A DNA stretch of 64,000 bases, taken from NCBI GenBank assembly GCA_963785305.1, contig CAWAUV010000001.1:64001-128000 (forward strand). The letters are read 5' to 3'. This document shows, in pieces, positions 59,004 to 64,000 of this stretch; the first letter of the stretch is position 1, and each line of letters starts with the position of its first letter. A model generated the notes under the pieces. It was not told the origin of the DNA. It ran no database searches and worked only from the letters and a program-made list of their open reading frames with translations. The stretch is from an uncultured Planctomycetaceae bacterium (lineage in GTDB: Bacteria > Planctomycetota > Planctomycetia > Pirellulales > PALSA-1355). Made by a program: the position numbers and the translations under genes.

Positions 59004-59710
59004 TCACATGGGGAAATTATTTTTCGTCGGTTCCTGGCCGCGAGCCAGGTCGCGCTCGCGCAAGGCGCGGCGAATGAGTCGCATCGTATACGCTTGCCGT
59101 TCGTCGGAAAGCAACGCGCCGAATTCGACCCTGGATCGGCGCCCCTCGAGCACGATAAGTTGTTTCGATCGCTGAAAGCGGTCAAGCCATCGGGTGCTTT
59201 CAGGTGTGACAAGCCGGACATCGGTGAGGTCGTCCCACGAGAAACGGCGGCGCCGTCCGATGGCGCCGATGCCCGTGAATATCTCGCCCTCCGCGCCCGG
59301 ACCGTCACGAAGATGCATCCAAACATGCACAGCAGCGAGCTAATCGCTAAGCGCGCCGATCCGACGGCCGATAGGATGCCGGTAAACGCGAGGATCCGGA
59401 AGATTCTGCCCCGTTGAAATTGATAGCCGATCGCGGCAACCGCGACGACGGCGGCAAGCACGCCGAACACCGCGAAATACAATGCCATCCACGATTGCAG
59501 CGACGCTCCGAGACGCCAGCCATTGTCCACTTGTTCAAGCCACACGCCGTACGGCGGATTGTTGAGGCTGCCAGCAAAGGCATCCGCGGCCATCGAAATG
59601 TCACCCGGCTCGGCGGAATAACCGCATTCGGCGCAGGGGGGCATATCGTTCGAAGCTTGGATCGTGTCGGCGCCGAATTCGCCGCCGCAATTGGGACATA
59701 CCGCGCGCAT
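59004..59710 (-). CDS. Zn-ribbon plus two-TM membrane protein (paralog 1, frameshift ~59300)
   Basis: CPNC...CAEC, NPPYGVWLE, GEIFTGIGAIGRRRRFSW, EFGALLS; colinear with paralog 2. Confidence 0.72.
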
Positions 59711-59810
59711 CGATTCGAAGCTCCATCAGTGCGCGTGTTGCGCGAGAAAAACCCATCCGCGTCGAGCAATCCCACCAGTTAGAAAAACAGGGCCCGACAG
59801 GCCACGTTGC

Positions 59811-61361
59811 TCATACCGCGACACCGCTGGCCGCGGCGCCGGTGATGTACTGCCGCCAGGCGTCGAGCTGTTCTTGGGTCAGACTATTGTCGCGCGTGAT
59901 CTCATGTTGCAAGCCGGCGCCGGCCACGCTCACGCGCACCATCAGCCGTCCATTGTCTTGATACTCGAAAATGACTTCAATCGGTGTCTGGGCCGGCAGT
60001 CCCTTCGGAAGATTGCGCACCGCGCATTGACCGATCTGGGTGCAATCCTCGGGCGAGGAGCTTTCGCCTTCGACGATCTGCACCAGAATCGACCCCTGAT
60101 TCGCCTTCTGGGTCCGGAACACCCGGCGGGCATTGACCGGCAGCGGCGTGTTGCGCGGAATTACCACCGCGTTGCGCTTCCGACCGGTTTGCGGGTCCGT
60201 GGCCACGACTCCCAGGCTGTGCGAATTGACATTGCGAATTCTCAGCACCGGCTTTTCACCGCGACTCTTGGCCAGCAGCATGCCGGCATGCAGCGCCGCG
60301 CCATGCGCCACGGCCTCATCCACCGCCACGCTGCCATCGGGTTCCTTGCCGCACAGCTCGCGAAGCATCGCCGCCACCATCGGCATGCGCGTCGATCCGC
60401 CCACGAGCAGCAAGTGATCGATATCGCTCCAGTCGAGGCCCGAGGCTTGTAGGGTTTGCCGGGTGGTGAATTGAGTGCGATCGAGCAGGTCGCGGGTGAT
60501 CTCCTCGAATTTTTCGCGAGTGATTTCAATGCGCTCGGCGTGGCCGCGATAGTCGCAGCTAATGTGAGTCTTGGCGCGGGCCGAGAGGGTGCGTTTGGCG
60601 TCTTCGCATTCGCGCCACAAGCGGCCGGCGGTGTTGGGTTCCTCGCGCGGATCGAGCGCGTGGCGGCGCAGAAAGTCCTCGGCCACGAAGTCCATCAGCC
60701 GCTGATCGAAATCTTGGCCGCCGAGTTGCACATCGCCATCGGTGGCCAGGGCAATGAACTCATTGCCCTTGATCTCCATCACGGTGACATCGAAGGTGCC
60801 GCCGCCCAGGTCGTAGACGAGCAGCTTGCGGGGCGCGTTTTCACTGCCATCGCGATGGATAAAGCCCTTGAGAAACCCATGCGCGATCGCGGCCGCCGTG
60901 GGCTCGTTGATGATGTCGAGCACTTCGAGGCCCGCCATGTAACCCGCGTCTTGAGTGGCCTTGCGGCGCACTTCGTCGAAATAGGCGGGCACGGTGATGA
61001 CCACCTGATCGAACGGGCCGATCTGCCGCCGCGCGTCGTTCTTGAGCTTGTGAAGCGTGAAGGCCTGAATCGCCTCGGGCGGATACTTGCGGCCTTGCAG
61101 TGTCTTGTGGAAGGTGCGTTCGCCGAGATCGCGTTTCACGCATTGCGCCACGAGCTCGCTTTCGGTGGCGATCGCCTTGAGCGCCTCCTTGCCCACCACC
61201 ACATGGCCGGGCTCGAAGAGCACCACGCTTGGAGTGACCAAATCGCCTTCGGAATTGACGAGCGTCACCGGGCGCCCGAAGTCGTCCAAATGCGCGACGG
61301 CGGAATACGTGGTGCCGAGATCGATGCCGACCGCGGGGGCTTTCTGGGCAGTGGAGTTCAT
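59811..61361 (-). CDS. Hsp70-family ATPase, ~516 aa, non-canonical (not dnaK), lacking the helical lid
   Basis: GIDLGTTYS, CVKRDLG, TVPAYF, IINEPTAAA, YDLGGGTFD, LGGQDFD, LVGGSTRMP; SBD-beta-like IPRNTPLP...QIVEGE. Confidence 0.92.
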   Translation of the reverse strand: MNSTAQKAPAVGIDLGTTYSAVAHLDDFGRPVTLVNSEGDLVTPSVVLFEPGHVVVGKEALKAIATESELVAQCVKRDLGERTFHKTLQGRKYPPEAIQAFTLHKLKNDARRQIGPFDQVVITVPAYFDEVRRKATQDAGYMAGLEVLDIINEPTAAAIAHGFLKGFIHRDGSENAPRKLLVYDLGGGTFDVTVMEIKGNEFIALATDGDVQLGGQDFDQRLMDFVAEDFLRRHALDPREEPNTAGRLWRECEDAKRTLSARAKTHISCDYRGHAERIEITREKFEEITRDLLDRTQFTTRQTLQASGLDWSDIDHLLLVGGSTRMPMVAAMLRELCGKEPDGSVAVDEAVAHGAALHAGMLLAKSRGEKPVLRIRNVNSHSLGVVATDPQTGRKRNAVVIPRNTPLPVNARRVFRTQKANQGSILVQIVEGESSSPEDCTQIGQCAVRNLPKGLPAQTPIEVIFEYQDNGRLMVRVSVAGAGLQHEITRDNSLTQEQLDAWRQYITGAAASGVAV

Positions 61362-61374
61362 CGTGAGGTGCGCG

Positions 61375-63495
61375 TAGTGTTGGGAGGGGCCAGGGGGCGG
61401 CGCGGGCGCCACATCCTTAATGCCCGGAAGTTTCAAATGCAAAAAGTTCGACTCAGGCTTCACGCGACAAAGAATATAGTAACCCAAACCCAGGCCCAAG
61501 AGCGACGCCGAGAGGTGGCCAAGCGTGTTTACCAGAAAACTTACGACCGGATTGCCTTTTTTCTTGCCGGGACGTTTTCGCGAGGGCCGCGGCGCCGTGA
61601 ACGCCGCCTCTTCCTCGACCACGCTGGAAATCTCGGCCGACGACGCGGCAGCCTCGACCTCGCTGACCGCCGAACCCGAGTCCGCGTCGGATTCGGGGGC
61701 GCGAAGGTTCGGCGCCCAGGCCGCCAGCATCATTCTCGGCGATGTCGCGCGGCGCCGCGGGCGAGAGGGAATCCCAAGGAATCTCGTAGTCGCTCAAGGA
61801 AGCGCCTGTATCGCGGTTCGGCTGACGCGCGCTCGGGCGAGCAGCCGGCGCCGTGTTCCAGGACCTACGCGAATCGGAAGTCGAGCCGCGAGCGCTCGTC
61901 GGGCCGGCCCGAAGTTCGCTCTGTTCGTCGGCGACTTGAGCGTAAGCGGCAAACCCGGCCGCGAGCCGCACCGGCTCTTGCCAGGCCGCGATCGCGGCGT
62001 GATCCAAATTACGTGGTTCCTCGAGGGCGACATCGAGCGTGGCGCCGTTTGCCAGTCTTGCCGAAACCGTCGGCAGCCCGCTCGCGTCGAGCGAGAGCGA
62101 TACCACAACCGGCGCACCCCGCCAGGCCACGAGGAAAGCCGGTGAGCGTGGCCTCGGCCATCGAAGAACATGCTTCCGCCTGGAAGCCCTCGCCTTGTAA
62201 GAACCGCAGGGACATCGAGCGCGGATTCGGCGCCGCGACGAGCAGGGTTTCCTCGCCGAGCGCCGGCAGCGTCGCGCCGCGGGCAATCACGACCTTGTTG
62301 CGTCCGCGACCGCCGCCCGGCGCCGGTTGCTCGATGCCCACGCTTTGTGTCGCGTGATCGATGACCGTAAACGGCGGTCGCTCGTTGGGCCCGATCCGGC
62401 CCAGCTCGCTGGCTCGGGCGCGGAGTAGGTTGCTCGCGTGAATCGCGGCGCCGCGGGCGACGAGCTCTTCGTGATTGGCCGCCCAGCGAGGTTCGAGCCG
62501 CGAGGCCGCGCGGAGCATGGCGGCGATCATCGGCATGCGAGTCGCCCCGCCGACGAGCGCGATCTCATGGATATCTTGCCAGCCGAGTCCAGCCTGACTT
62601 AGCGTGTTGCGCACTCCAAAGGCGGTGCGTTCGACGAGGTCGGCGGTGAGCTCCTCGAACTGGCCGCGATGGATCGCATGATCGAGCGCGTGGCCGCCCG
62701 AGTCGAGATGGGTTTCGGCAACATCGCGCGTGCCCAGGGTATGCTTGGCGTCTTCGACGGCGCGGTTCAATCGCGCCAGGCCCAGGAGATCGCGTCTCGG
62801 GTCGACTCCATGACGCTCGACGAACGCCTGGGCCAGATGGTCGCGCAGCCGCTCGTCCCAATCGCGGCCCCCGAGCCGCGGTTCGCCATCCGAGGCAAGC
62901 ACGTGAAGTCCTTGGGATGAAATCTCGCAAAGCGCGACATCGAATCCCGCTCCGCCCAGATCGTAAATCAACATTCGACACGGCGACGGATTGCCGCTCG
63001 CATCAAGGTATCCGCGTTGCTCGGCCAAGGCCAGCGCGGCGGCGGCCGGCGCATTGATCAGCGCGAGTGGGGTCCATCCGGCCATCGTGGCGGCGTCGAG
63101 CGCAGCTCGCCGCGCGCGGAGTCGAACATCGCGGGAATCGCGAGCACCACTTCCGGACTCGCGCCGCCGGCGCTCGGGAGGTTGTGCGCGATTCGCCCGA
63201 GCAGCGCGGCCAGCACCACCTCGGGCGGCGGCGCTCGGCCGCGCACGAGGCGCCAGTAGCGCTCTTGACCCAGATCGCGGAGCGGGCAATCGGCAACTCG
63301 GTCGAGATCGGACTCGAGGGCCCGTTTCGCTTCGCGGCCGACGATCGTTTCGTCGTCGTCGAAAAGCACCGCGCTGGGCAGAAATAGCTCGCCATCGCCG
63401 CTGCGTAGCATCGTGGACCGGCCCAGTGGGTCGACTCCGGCAGCGGCCAAACGCGTGGTTCCGAGGTCGATTCCGACGGGATAGGGATCGGCCAT
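61375..63495 (-). CDS. Degenerate Hsp70-family protein with linker and C-terminal TM anchor (frameshifts ~63115, ~62120, ~61720; 3' end uncertain)
   Basis: GIDLGTTR, CPLRDLG, IPAMFD, LINAPAAAA, YDLGGAGFD, LGGRDWD, LVGGATRMP; tail KKKGNPVVSFLVNTLGHLSASLLGLGLGYYILC. Confidence 0.82.
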
Positions 63496-63727
63496 GGCAG
63501 GGGGGATTGAAAAACTTCGACATCGAGACAGGGAGCCGGAAATCGGCGCGCGCGCCGACAACCGAGCGCGACCGATCCGAATTCCTGCACTCTAAAGGGA
63601 TCGCTCCGCTAAATCAATGAGGGCGCCCAACACTCACGGGTTGTCACTCTTCGACGATCGACTCTCGAGGCGCATCAAGAAAATGGCGGTTGGCATGAAA
63701 TCTGGAGTGGTATGTCAGGGAGTCAGG

Positions 63728-64000
63728 GTGCGCCGGCGCGAAGCCGGAGGAGAGTCGCGAATGAAAGAGTCGCACGAGGCAAGGCCTAGCCAGCCACCTC
63801 GGCCTCGAGTGATGCGTCGTGTCGGGCAACTGGCAGGGCGAAGCGTTCACAGAGGCACGGCCGGGCGGTGTATCGAGCTCCGAAAACATTCTTTTGTGGC
63901 GGCCGACCTTGTCCTGACCCCGTCGCTCGATACATGCGGGAAGGCAACAGTGATGTCGAACGATCATGGCGAGTCCGACGTCTCCCCCACGGAGTCTGAG
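63728..64000 (+). mobile_element. 5' portion (domain I) of a group II intron, continuing beyond the window
   Basis: GTGCG 5' boundary followed by sequence I recognise as typical of bacterial group II intron domain I (ATGAAAGAGTC...AGCCACCTCGGCCTCGAGTGATGCG...GAAGCGTTCACAG...ATCGAGCTCCGAAA...GCCGAC...GGAAGGCAAC); the RT ORF is not in the window. Confidence 0.8.

Noticed and set aside
59811..61361. Calling this gene dnaK
   Set aside because: Too short, lacks the canonical linker and lid, and has no grpE/dnaJ context.
63618..63727. Possible IS end hosting the intron
   Set aside because: The composition changes here, but no partner inverted repeat or transposase is visible in the window.
63644..63967. 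107-aa minus-strand ORF
   Set aside because: It is the antisense of group II intron domain I and has no protein-like motifs.

Overview
GC-rich bacterial DNA whose gene content (DUF1549/DUF1553 plus DUF1501 pair, PVC-type heme-binding protein, Gly/Trp-rich TPR protein) points to a planctomycete; this is an inference from gene content. Many otherwise intact genes are split by single-base indels, most likely long-read assembly errors, so genes are reported below as stitched reading frames. Bases 1-3260 look like the end of a tRNA-Leu(CAA)-integrated genomic island: an IS3-family element, gene remnants, tandem arm-type repeats and a duplicated tRNA 3' half. Bases 3.5-57.9 kb are mostly core or metabolic genes: cdd, holB, tex, ppc, glgE/maltokinase, mdtABC, a type III PKS, a Ser/Thr kinase, a two-component pair, a pilD-like gene and SDRs. 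The right end is the most unusual part. It holds a ~170-bp TIR-bounded element carrying an inverted REP-like hairpin pair, two tandem Zn-ribbon membrane paralogs and a tandem Hsp70 pair. The upstream Hsp70 has lost the K70/E171/T199-equivalent catalytic residues and carries a C-terminal membrane anchor, while the downstream one is catalytically intact but lidless. The window ends in the 5' part of a group II intron.
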